Below are positions 49,392 to 61,135 of a DNA stretch of 64,000 nucleotides, piece by piece. The position numbers and the translations under genes are program-made. Source of the DNA: Carcharhinus amblyrhynchos (taxonomy: Eukaryota). Location: positions 34,534,001 to 34,598,000 of the forward strand of contig OZ336883.1 in the NCBI GenBank assembly GCA_965287045.1. The letters run 5' to 3'. The notes under the pieces were generated by a model. That model did not search any database. It saw nothing but the letters and a program-made list of their open reading frames with translations, and was not told where the DNA came from. How positions within the stretch are numbered: the first letter of the stretch is position 1; the number at the start of each line of letters is the position of its first letter.

Positions 49392-52300
49392 ATTAATCCT
49401 GCTTCTATTTCCACAGGTGCTGCCAGACCTGCTGAGTATTTTCAGCATTTTCTGTTTTTTTATTTTAAGATAATAATTTTGTCTGTTAACAAAGCACGGG
49501 GAGTAATCACTTTGCAAGTTTGGACTCCCAACAATGAGCATCTCACAACAGGAGTTGATGTTAAGACGTTCAGAGGCATATCTGCAGTTAATCTTCTGTC
49601 TGTTTAAGTTAATTGATAACTGCCCCAAATACACAAAGCTCACAGAAAGTACAACTCAAAAGATGGCTGCCTTTATAAAAAAGAAAAAAAAAATCAGTCT
49701 ATCATTTTCCTACACCAGATTCAGCGTTGCCTAGTCCAGTGAGTTGCAAACTTTATTGTATTGGGAAATCATTCCTGGGAACGCAAGCCCTGACTTTAGA
49801 AGGATCATCAGCTTTTTAAAAGGATATCAATGCTCTCATTAGTAAACAAATAACAAGAATAACATGCTAGTACATCAGAAAAACTGAAATATGATCACAT
49901 AGCTGAAATCTGATGACACTGCAGTCCTTAAGAGTCAGACTGAAAATTGCAGTGATATCAGTTCAACTTCTTCAAACGCATATTAATTGACTCATTGTAC
50001 GCCATTAGAAGATTCTTCATTGAGCCTCTTTAATGGATGTAGGAAAGATTTCAATCTAGAGATAGCTAACAGTCTAGCTGCATGCAGCACCTGGGTACAT
50101 TCCTGCTGTCACATGCGATATTCTTTTAGTTATAATCATCAGACCACAATGGGAACTAGTTTTGACTTGTATAATGTTACCTTACTACAATTTATATTCT
50201 AAAACCTTTTCCCATGAGCATATTACAAGGTTGGATCATAGTGGAGTGGCAGTATTATGATCCAGAAACCATAATTCGACACTTTATTTGAAATGAATTA
50301 ATTATAGGAAACATAAGAGAGTGAGCTGCATTTGCATTTGTTAGTGCCATTCCCATTTTAACAATCAGCAGTAAGTATCCAATATACAAAATTGATAACT
50401 AGGTAAAGGCCAACTGGTCCAACCAGCCTGCTCCACACATCCTAAATAGACAGTTCTTGCCTCTCTTTATGTAATGCACGGAAAGTGGTAAAATAACAGA
50501 AAATACCAGGGCCAATAAAAGGAAAAATAATCCAGGAAATTTCTCTCCTACTGCCAATAAACTGGGTCCAGGAGATCATTTGAACCATCTGTTATCTGTA
50601 AATTCACTTACCTATGATAAGCTGTGATTACCCCAGTCAAGAATTGATCCATCTGCCTCTTGAAGGTGTACAGAGTGTCAGCAACCACCACATCCACCAG
50701 CAAAGAGAAACTGCCTAACATCCAGTTTATTCCTATCTTTATGTTCTTTGAACTCATGACGCTGCTCCCCCTCAATCTGTTAAATGGGGTTAATGTGACA
50801 ACATTTTTATTTACTGGGCCGGCAGACAGCAAAAGTCACGGAGTGTCTGTAATTCAGGATCGGGAGGCAGTGGGGTTTGGGAGGGATTGAATTCACGGTG
50901 GTTGGAGAGGGGGACGAGGTGGGTTGTTGTGAGATCAGAAGGAGATTGATGATCTGAGGAGGAGGATGGTCAGGTGTCTCAGTGGGGGAATCAAAAGGCC
51001 CAGAGACTTTTGATTGGGAGGAGTTAGAAGCTGCACAGGGAACTTGAGGCCTGGTATGAGTGTGTGTTTGCATGTTGGGGTGGGGTGGGGTCACTGGCCT
51101 ACTTTTCAACCTCAAAAGCACATATGGGCGGGTTGGAGGCGGATTTGAGTCAAACAGACTTCGCAGACACCTCCCCATCAGCTAAACCATATTTGCCCCA
51201 TATTTGAAGGGGTAGGGGACAGAAAATTCCACCTCCACATCTATGTTAATTAAGTGAATTTAAACTCCTTTGCTGTCATCATGGGATTTGAACTCATATC
51301 CACAGATCATTAGCCCAGATCCCTGCATTATTAGTATAGTAATCGAATTGCAATGGTAGCATAATGGTTGGTGTATAAATAAGTAAATAGGCCAACACCT
51401 AATGTCAATTAACAAAATATAGACAAACAAACAATCTGGTCATTACCAAGGCTGTCGCTATGCAATATTTATGCAAGAATATATGATGGAAAGCAAGTGA
51501 AAAACTGAATCTAGTGCTGTTTAGTTGCTGAAATGGTGTGGCAGCAGATGTACTATTGAGGCTATGAGGCATGGAAATTGAATCATCCTTCATTTTTTAA
51601 ACCCAGAATACAAGATACATTCTGGATTTCTTCCATTTTATATGTAGGCCAAAGAGCCCTGGAGATTACTGCGAGCAACCTCTTAAAAGGAGTTTCAACC
51701 AACCATGATGTATCAATCGTGAATTCAGTTTCTTCGTTCCCATTTTAACAAAATGATTCTCTCTAATACTTTAAGAGACCATTTTCCAGTCCCATTGCAT
51801 TAATCAAACAATTGTGACGAAGGTTTTTTCTACACAAGAACCACATTGGGAGCAATGTGTTCCTTCACTATGCACAGTCCGTTATACTGCGTAATCCCTT
51901 AAAGATTGCCACACAGCCAGGAATATGCACATTTTATGGGAAATTCTGCTGGAGTGTGGCCTGCTTGTTCCCTGGGTGGTACAATTCAGATTATGGTATA
52001 GCTGCGCATCCATACAGCCCGGATGCTTTGAATGAGCCTCTTTTATCCACGATTCTTAATCAGGAACATGACCACAGCAAATCAGGTGGCTCTTTACATA
52101 AGAAAGTGTTGTGACCAAGGCATATACTAGATAGCTGAGACAGCAATTTAACAGTTGCAAAATGCAGACAATGTAATGAAACCAATTCAGGATCATGTAT
52201 ATTTTACTCTGTATAATATCCATTTCCTCTTTGGGCACAATTGGCAATCTGGGCATAAATTGTGCTCAAGAGTTGTGATTTTCTGAGCCAAACTGTTTGC

Positions 52301-54424
52301 TTAAACAATTTGTACGTCACCAAATGTGAAACTTTCCTTCACACAATTGCAATTGGGCAACATTTTAGGATGTGAATTTTTAGTGTTAAAAAACTGTCCT
52401 TGATACATTAAGGTGCATTGTAAAATCAGAATATCCAGTCCAGCACACAATTTTAACCAACTGAAAAAGGCTTAAGGAAAACCAGACAAAGCAACTTACC
52501 AGTATCGTTGGTACATAGTAGTCTCTTAGCAAATTAAGAACAAAATATTTTTAAAAGCTTTTAAAAAGATGTCTTGAGTCTGATAGAAGTTTAATTTGAA
52601 GGGCTGCTGATTGAACCTGTTTGCAGACAATTAATGGAAACTCACTGTTGTGATTAACTCGATTGGGGGGCATGGCTAGTTTCATGGGCAGTGCAATATT
52701 TTTAAACGAATACACAAGATTGTAGAAACTCACACATGCTTTTGTGCTGATTTGGCCAATTATCAGTAAATTGCACTAGAAGTATCAGCACAAACTAGTG
52801 GAAACTCGACTACTAGGTACATACGCACTTCACTGAGTGAGTGGAAGACTTAAGATTAAAGCAAATGTTCTTAAGAGCAATTGATAACCATTAGTCTGAT
52901 ATCCATTTGATATAGCATTGATCAGAAGCTTTCAAATGCAAGATATGTTAGGCACAATTTATTATTTTTCAAGAGATTTTAAGACAAAATTCTTATTGCT
53001 TTTCTTTTATTTATTATCTGCTTGCTGTACGAGAGGGGAATTTGTAGCATTTATCCATAGTAAATTAGGTATTTCCAGGACATGATTCTTCTTGCAATAT
53101 CATAAACACACTACTATTTAAGATTAAGGACTCACTTTTTGCTGACGATTTTTAATGCAAGCTTTACAAGCATCTCTCCTGTAACAGAAAAAGTAATTCT
53201 AACACCTAATTTAATCAATAAATTATCAAATCGATCTGTAGTCGTAAAACAGAAAATGAGTACTATAGAGCTTTCCACCAATCAGTATAGCAAAAATGAG
53301 ATGACAAACACCTTGATATGTTTTGGCAACAGGATAACAGAAACTCACTTGTTATAGTTTTACTGACAAGTTCTAGGGAAGTTGCCCCATCTCCAGTGAT
53401 AACAGACAATTGCGGTGAATAAAAAGGATGAACGTGCACGTTTTAATTCAGATTCAAGACCAATAAAGTAACCTTAAAAAAGGAGCATAATTTGGAGAAC
53501 TACAAAATTTAGATTCTTAAATCACCTGTGCTAATCATGTCACTAGCCAAATCGTAAAAAGCTAATAAGTTGACTGCGTGTACATTTAGTTTACCATACA
53601 ACCACTATCAGAAACCTGGAAAGAAGTGAACCCAGACAGTAAGATGAGAGAGTTTACCAAAGCGCTAATTTGCTTAATTCTCGCATTTTCACCACTTCAG
53701 TGCTGAAGCTATGTTGCTTGCTACAGTTTATAAAGTTAAGTATTTGATAATAAGGAAAAATAAAACACGTTACGCAGGACAGTTTTGTTGGAATCTCAAA
53801 AGCCCATTTAAATAGGTCTGTTACAAACACTGGAATTCAACAAAGCACTTAATGCAGACCGGGTAATGGACTTTCAGAACAGAGCCTCAGAATACTTTCA
53901 CTGAATTTCTACGCATTTTCCAAATTAATCACAAAACAAAATTCAGTAACTCTGAACTTCACATGATAATAACTACAAATAATCTGGCCTGATACATCGA
54001 AATCAAGGCAAACAGTAGTTAGGTAATTTAAACTACTTGATCTTTGTTTATGACTGATACTTAGAGGTTACTCTTTACTGCCCCTATGCATATTTACCTA
54101 AATCAAATAATGTTTAAATCAATACTGCTCTTTCCTACAAAAGCACTCCCCTTCTTCTTGTAATTATCAATTGTTTATAATGTCCAGGCAGAACAATTCC
54201 TACCCAGATTACTGTATGCCTTCACATACATGGGGTGTACAGTAAACAAAGAAGTCTGTCTGACTGAATCTTTTTAAAGCCATAACAGAATTTGGACTAA
54301 CCCTTGCTTGCACCACCGTCTCTTTTTAGGTCTCCACACGATCTTATTATAAGCAAAGTAACAATCTAACAAAGAAACAGATATTTTTGATAATTAGTGC
54401 AAATGCTACACAATAAAAGCTTAC

Positions 54425-54875
54425 CTTGCTCCAAAGTGCCACAGTTTTTATTTCCAAATCTTTGGAGTTAGTGTGGCAGTACATTCTGAACATTTCAAAT
54501 AAAAATGAATCAGTCCTCGGTTGGTTTTTAGAGCAGTTTGTGTGTGCAGGCTAGAATTCTCCACTTGCACTAACTGCCATGCAGCTGTCCTGCTTTTTTC
54601 AGACAGCTGACAAACAGCAACTGCACAAGCACAATGACGCAGAAGACTAAGCTGCCGTGGAAAGGAGTGGGCTTGAAAAAGTAGGTGGAGCTTTGTGGCT
54701 TGCAGTAGTGTCCATCTCCAGCTTGGTGAAACAGTCGGAGAGAACTGCTCAACAAGCAGACAGGGCCCCAACTGCGCTATTCCAGAAATGCTGACAGTGT
54801 CTCTAGCATGTCCACTAACAGCAGCTTGTTTAAGCAATACACACTGCAATCCACTTGGATACTGTATAAAGATTA
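54425..54875 (-). other. Probable 5' UTR exon of the SERTA-domain gene
   Basis: Minus-strand donor AAG|GTAAGC (GT at 54424-54423). Acceptors CTCTTTTTATTTCAG (AG at 54877-54876) or TTTCTTTGTCTCCAG (AG at 54892-54891). The interval is repeat-free and more GC-rich than its flanks. Confidence 0.55.
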
Positions 54876-55307
54876 CTGAAATAAAAAGAGCTGGAGACAA
54901 AGAAACAGGACATTTAAAAAACTTATTTCACAACTGGGCTCCCATTTAGGATGTTTCTGTTTTAGTAGAAAACATGCAAGGCAGTTCCACTATACAAAAT
55001 TCTAAAAATATTTATTTAAAGAAAGAAATCTAAGAATTGTAAAGCATTCATGGAAAAACTCTTGCTTTTGCTCTGTTTAAATAATGTACAACTCTGTTAA
55101 CAGTAAAGGTCTTTTACATTGACGAGAACACTGGGTTAAATGAGATAGCTATAGTAACCAAACAGGTGAACTGAAATCAACAAGCAGACTCAAAAACAGA
55201 TTATAGAAATGCAAAGATTCCATTATTTGTACAAAAGGTCTTCCATATGGCCAGCAGGAATACAAACTTGTCTCTGAGTGAGTCCATGTGTCTTTTTCAT
55301 GTACCAG

Positions 55308-55634
55308 GGTGACACGGTGGCACAGTGGTTAGCCCCACTGCCTCAGTGCCAGAGATCTGGGTTCGATTCCCAGCTCATGTCACTGTCAGTCTGGAGTTTG
55401 CACATTCTACTTGTGTTTGCATGGGTTTCCTCCGGGTGCTCCGGTTTCCTCCCACAGTTCAAATAGGTGCGGGTTAGGTTGATTGTTCAATGCTAAATTA
55501 ATCTTAGTGTCAGGGGATTACTAGCAGGGTAAACATGAGGGGTTACAGGAATCAGGTCTGGACGGGAATGGGTTTGTGATCGGTGCAGACTCAGTGGGTC
55601 AAATGGCCTCCTCCTGCACTGTAGGGATTCTATG
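55308..55634 (+). mobile_element. HE1-type SINE
   Basis: Head, core and tail. Confidence 0.88.
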
Positions 55635-55942
55635 GTGATTAACTCCACAAATTAATTGAGAGGTGTATGAATGATTACAGTCTGCCAGGCACAGTAACCA
55701 TTCCAAGCCTGTACTCTATCTAAATTGTTAATGCCTGCAACTTATGTAAAAATATATGTTTATTTAAGAAAATGGAGAAATTGATGGAACAAGTACATTT
55801 AAAAAGTCACATGGACTCACCTAGAAACATGTATATATTTCTGCTGGCCAAATGGAAGACCTTGGTACAGATAATGGAATCTTCGCATTTCTATGAATTT
55901 GTTTTTAAAGGGATTATGGTTAAATTCAAATAGCTGAACATA

Positions 55943-56274
55943 CAGTATGGTAGCACAGTGGTTAGCACTGTTGCTTCACAGCTCCAGCATCCTGGGTTCG
56001 ATTCCCGGCTCGGGTCGCTGTCTGTGTGGAGTTTGCACATTCTCCTCGTGTCTGCATGGTCCTCCAGTTTCCTCCCACAGTCCAAAGACGTGCAGGTTAG
56101 GGTTAATTGGCCATGCTAAGAAATTGCCCCTTAATGTCCAGGGATGTGTAGGTTAGAGGAATTAGTGGGTATAATATGTAGGGATATGGGGATAGGCCCT
56201 GGGTGGGATTGTGTTCGGTGCAGACTCGATGGGCCAAAGGGCCTCTTTCTGCACTGTAGGTTTCCATGATTCTA
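55943..56274 (+). mobile_element. HE1-type SINE
   Basis: Head with intact A and B boxes, core and tail. Confidence 0.9.
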
Positions 56275-57069
56275 CATTTTAATGCAATTAGATTGAGGGA
56301 ATGTTAAATGCATGGATCACTTGCCATCATAAAACCCTACCCTACTTTCATTCCATATATTTACAGTTTACTTCTTTGGTGGCAACTTTAAACATTACCC
56401 TCTAGGCATTAAGGAATGAAATATGATTTTTAATAGTTCATACAATTTAATTTTTTTAAAATTGATTAGAAGTTTACAATTAATAGGGTTCATAAAGATA
56501 TTTGGGGTGATTCTCCAGGACCACTAGCCCCAGTTGTGATTCTGATGGCCTACTGAATCGGGTGAGGGAGCCAGATCAGGATTCTTGCCGGGTGCCAAGC
56601 CCATTGAGAGTCTCCTGGCCTGTTGCGCCTGGTGAGATCAGGTTATCACCCTGATCAGAACTCATTTAAATCCATGTCACAGAGTATCACAAAATCCCTA
56701 CAGTGCAGATGGATGCCATTCAGCCCATCGAGTCTGCATCGACTCTCTGACAGAGCATCTTACCCAGGCTCAATTATAAATACTTCAGATTTTCGCAGCA
56801 TGGTTTTCTTCAGTCCACACTGCAGTTATCTAATTGATTTGTCCTGCTCTTTCTCACGCCTTAATTTTTAAGGGTTTATCAATTGCTCCCTTAGTACATT
56901 CCCCTTATTACTCTATGGAATTAATCCTAGTTTTTGCGATTGATTAAACGTGCCATCTCGACGGACATCCCACTGAGTCTGTAATTCGACATAATTTCCA
57001 TGGTTCCACCATTGTCAGAAGTCTCACAACACCAGGTTAAAGTCCAACCAGTTTATTTGATAGTAAACC

Positions 57070-57105
57070 CACAAGCTTTCAGAAACGCTGTTCCCTCGTC
57101 AGGTG
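57070..57105 (-). ncRNA. Minimal type I hammerhead ribozyme motif (mirror copy)
   Basis: The reverse complement reads CAC-CUGACGA-GGGAAC-AGC-GUUUCU-GAAA-GCU-U-GUG. Confidence 0.65.
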
Positions 57106-57289
57106 TGTGGAAGGTTCTGTTCAGAGACGGGGCATATAAGGGCATACACAGTTTACAGAATACTGATTAGAATGCGAGTCTTTGCAGCTAACCTGCTATT
57201 CAAGTTAGCTGTGAAGACTCGCATTCTAATCAGTATTCTGTAAAGCGTGTATGCCTTTATATGCCCTTCTCTGATCAGAACCTTCCACA

Positions 57290-57324
57290 CACCTGACGAG
57301 GGCACAGCGTTCTGAAAGCTTGTG
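57290..57324 (+). ncRNA. Minimal type I hammerhead ribozyme motif (PLE-type)
   Basis: CAC-CUGACGA-GGGCACAGCGUUCU-GAAA-GCU-U-GUG: core CUGAnGA and GAAA, stem II, palindromic AGCU stem III, CAC/GUG stem I. Confidence 0.65.
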
Positions 57325-57609
57325 GGTTTACTATCAAATAAACTGGTTGGACTTTAATCAGGTGTTGTGAGACTTCTTACTGTGTTTACCCCAGTCCAAC
57401 GCCAGCATCTCCACATCATGTCCACCGTTGTCAACAAACAAGCAAGTTGTAGACTACTACAGAAGGCACCAAGCGTCAGCCATATACTTTGGAGCTGGAG
57501 TCACAGGTCAGACTGAGTAGGTTTCCAGTTGTTGAAGGGCAGGCATTAGTGGGGGAGTTGGGTTTTCGCAATAAATCGAGAAGCTATATCACATAAGCCT
57601 CAGTGACTC

Positions 57610-58160
57610 TGCAACTTCAGGACCACACCTGGAATACTGCGGACAGTTTGGTTCCCAAATCTAAGGAAGGATATACTGCATTGGAGGCAGTCCAGAGAAG
57701 GTTCAGTAGGCTGTTCTGGGTACAAAAGTATTTTCTTATGAGGAGAAGTTGAGCCTGTATTTGTTGAAGTTTAGAAGAACGAGAAGCAACCTTATTGAGA
57801 TATATAGGATTCTCAAGGGTTTGACAGGGTAGATGCTGAGAGGTTGTTTCCCCTTATGGGAGAGTCTCGGACCAGAGGGCATAATCTCAGTGTAAGGGGT
57901 CACCTATTTAAAATAGAGATGAGGAGGAATTTGTTCTCTGAAGATAATGAATCTGTGGAATTCTTTACTGCAGAGGGCTATAGCGGCTGGGTCGTTAAAC
58001 ATATTCAAGGACGAGATAGGCAGATTTTTAATCCATAAGAGAATCAAGGGTTATGGGGATAAGGTGGAGTTGAGGATTATCATATCAGATCGGTCAAGAT
58101 CTCCGAGTGACGAGTAAACTCGATGGGCCAAATGTGTTACTTCTACCTCTATGTCTTATG
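57610..58160 (+). mobile_element. CR1 3' fragment
   Basis: RPHLEYCGQF, LEAVQRRF and FPLMGESRTRGHNL. Confidence 0.82.
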
Positions 58161-58714
58161 CTCATGTCTCAATCAGGTTTGAGCTTCTTGCACATGTCCT
58201 AGGCCACTCTCAGTTCCAGCAATCATCATGTTGTGCCTCATTTTACACTCTGGTCCTATTCTGTACAACAATGCAGGATCCACAAGACTGCACAATGGGT
58301 TTCATCCATTTGCCATGCACAAATACTAATTAGAATGCCTCCATTCATAAAGCAAAGGATAGGTTTAATCAAACAGCACTCCTAATAACTCAACAAGCCT
58401 TTACACCAGTCAAAATCACACACAGTCACACACAGCAAGTCTCTGACCCAGCCATAAATCTGAAGTAAATGAAGGATGAGTGGAACCTTAAGAGCTGGAG
58501 GATAATATATCCCATTACTAGGCTCCTGTAAGTTGTTAATCCTATTCACCAAACACCTGAAAAATCGTAGCATATTGTAATACTCCTCACACCATCTTCT
58601 CTGATCTATGAATTTCTGCAATAGTAGCTATAGCCCTTGAATAAAGATCCCCTCCAGTCAGCTCTCTGCCCATAGCTGCATTTCAAGTTACTAAGCAAGG
58701 GAAAAGGACTCCTT

Positions 58715-59420
58715 GAACACAAGAATTAGGAGCATGAGTAGGCCATTCTGCCCTTTAGGCCTGCTTCGCCATTCAATAAGATCGTGGGTGATATGATTCT
58801 GGCCTCAACTCCACTTGTTTGTCTGTCCCCCATAACCTATGATTCCCTTGTTGATCAAAAGTCTGTCTAACGCAGCCTAGAAATATTCAATTACTCAGCC
58901 CCCATTGCCTCACTGGGTAAGGGAATAACTTCCTCCTCAGAGAACCATTGAAAGGTTACAGGACAGAAGGAGGCCATTTGACCATCTTGCCCAGTCCAGA
59001 AAGGGCTCATCTGGGATTTCAATCCAGGACCTTGCACGTTTCTGATCTGAAATACTCATGTCAGTCTTAAATGGGAGACACTTAACTTTGAAGCTGTATC
59101 CCCTAGTTCAGGACTCCCCCACAGGAGAGAAACATCCTCTCAGCATCTGCCCTGTCAGTCCTCTCAGAATGTATGTTTCAATACAATCATCTCTTATTTT
59201 CTTAAATTCCAATGGATAAAGGCCAAAACTTTCCTCAGAAGATAACTTCTGCATCCGAGGAATCAGCCAAGTGAACTTTCCCTAAACTGTTTCCAAAGCA
59301 ATTATATCCTTTCTTAAGTAAGGTGACCAAAACGGCACACAGTGCTCCAGATGTAGTCTCAATAAGGGCCTGCACAACTGTAGCAACACTTCTCTACACT
59401 GATACTCAATTCCCCTTTCA
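58715..59420 (-). mobile_element. Decayed CR1 3' fragment
   Basis: CR1 3' UTR (gaattaggagcatgagtaggccattc...) and antisense RT-terminal motifs. Confidence 0.7.
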
Positions 59421-60301
59421 ATACACACTGTTATGTCCAGTGAAGGCATGGCTTAGTCATCACTTTAAACAGGGACTGTGCTTGTATCAAAACTTCTGGA
59501 AATTTCTTTTTATCTTTTTTTAAATGCACACGAACCAGGTGGTTAAGATGGCTGCCCAGAGTCAGGTGACTTTTGGAAATTCAAAACAGACAGTATCAAG
59601 CTTCTAGAAAGTTCCTAATTGAATCACCCTGGGTGGGGAAAACCCCCACCACCCCACCCAGACAGCACTCTGTGAAATTCACAATAACCACTGTTCATAT
59701 TTTACTCCAAACTCTCAATGAATGGCCGGTTAGACGGCATGGCCTGAATTTTGCAGATGGTGAGGGTTGGCCAGAAGAGGTACTGCAGCATCATGCCTGG
59801 GCCTACACGCAGAGAGCCATTGTGAGGTACAAGGCAGGGGTCCTGTCTGTGTGTGTGTGTGTCCCATGAGGGGAGGGTGCTCCCAGAAGGGGCTTCTGAT
59901 AAAGGTGCTCCCCTTCTCCTTCAAGCTTGAGGTTCTTCATTTTTTCTGTTTCCCCACATCAAAATATCCAGCATCCACTAGCCTGAAAATTGAGGCTGTG
60001 GGGGAAAAGGCCCTTAAGTGGTCATTAAATAGTAAGGAGATGTCCTGGGCTAGGCACAAAAAAAAAGGTACAGCTTCCATAGTGTATGCATGTCCGAATC
60101 TTCCCCTTGCATGTGGATGTGCTCTGTGTTTTGGAGATAGGTGATTCATAGCCTCTGCCCAGTTTGCATCACTGATGATCGGCCACAGGACTGCACTAAT
60201 TTTACGGGAGGTGGGAAGGTTGAGGAATGAACCAAAATGCAATTTCCATCCAGCATAATATGCGACGCCTCTCAAGCATTCTCTTCTTTGAGCAGAAGTG
60301 T

Positions 60302-61135
60302 CATAAGAACATAAGAAATAGGAGCAGGAGTAGGCCATCTAGTCCTCTGAGCCTGCCCCGCCATTCAATAAGATCATGGCTGATCTGAAGTGGATCAGTT
60401 CCACTTTCCCACTTCCTCCCCATAACGGTCAATTCCCTTGTCTGTCAGAAATCTATCTGCCCATGATTTAAATATATTCAGTGAGGTAGCCTCCACCACT
60501 TCAACAGGCAGAGAATTCCAGAGATTCACCACCCTTTGAGTGAAGAAGTTCCTCCTCAACTCTGATCTAAACTGCCCCCCCCCCTTATTTTGAGGCTGTG
60601 CCCTCTAGTCCTGCTATCCTTTCTGAGCGGGAAGAATCTCTCTACCTCTATCCTATCTAGCCCCTTCATTATCTTGTAAGTCTCTATAAGATCCCCCCTC
60701 AGCCTTCTAAACTCCAAGTACAGACCCAGTCTATTCAATCTCTCTTCATAAGCTAACCCCCTCATCTCCAGTATCAGCCTAGTGAACCTCCTCTGCACTC
60801 CCTCCAAGGACAATATATCCTTTCTCAAATGCGGTGACCAAAACTGCACACAGTACTCCAGTTGCGGCCTCACCAGTACCCTGTACAGTTGCAGCAAGAC
60901 CTCCCTACTTTTATATTCTATCCCCCTCGCTATAAAGGCCAGCATCCCATTCGCCTTCTTGATCACCTGCTGCACCTGCAGACTGGGTTTTTGCGATTTG
61001 TGCACAAGGACCCCCAGGTCCCTCTGCACCGTAGCATGCTGCAGCTTTTCGCCCTTTAAATAATAATCCCTCCTACTATTATTTCTACTGAAGTGGATAA
61101 CCTCACATTTGCTAACATTATACTCCATCTGCCAG
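60302..61135 (-). mobile_element. CR1/HER1-type LINE 3' fragment (fairly young)
   Basis: ORF 60556-61128 reads MEYNVSKCEVIHF...QRDLGVLV...LVRPQLEYCVQFWSPH...RRLRGDLIETYK. Short tandem 3' terminus cataagaacataagaa. Confidence 0.92.

Larger units (their letters stand above)
57018..57420 (+). mobile_element. Penelope-like (PLE) fold-back element: inverted pseudo-LTR arms plus 43-bp tail, 13-bp TSD
   Basis: Arms 57017-57192 and 57204-57377 are near-perfect inverted repeats around an 11-nt spacer. Unpaired tail at 57378-57420. Flanked by tccacc(a/g)ttgtca at 57005-57017 and 57421-57433. Each arm has a hammerhead motif. Confidence 0.8.

Noticed and set aside
52494-52545. Possible extra mini 5' UTR exon (minus-strand donor CTG|GTAAGT at 52500)
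   Set aside because: The donor is good, but only a weak AAG acceptor lies nearby. It cannot be supported without transcripts.
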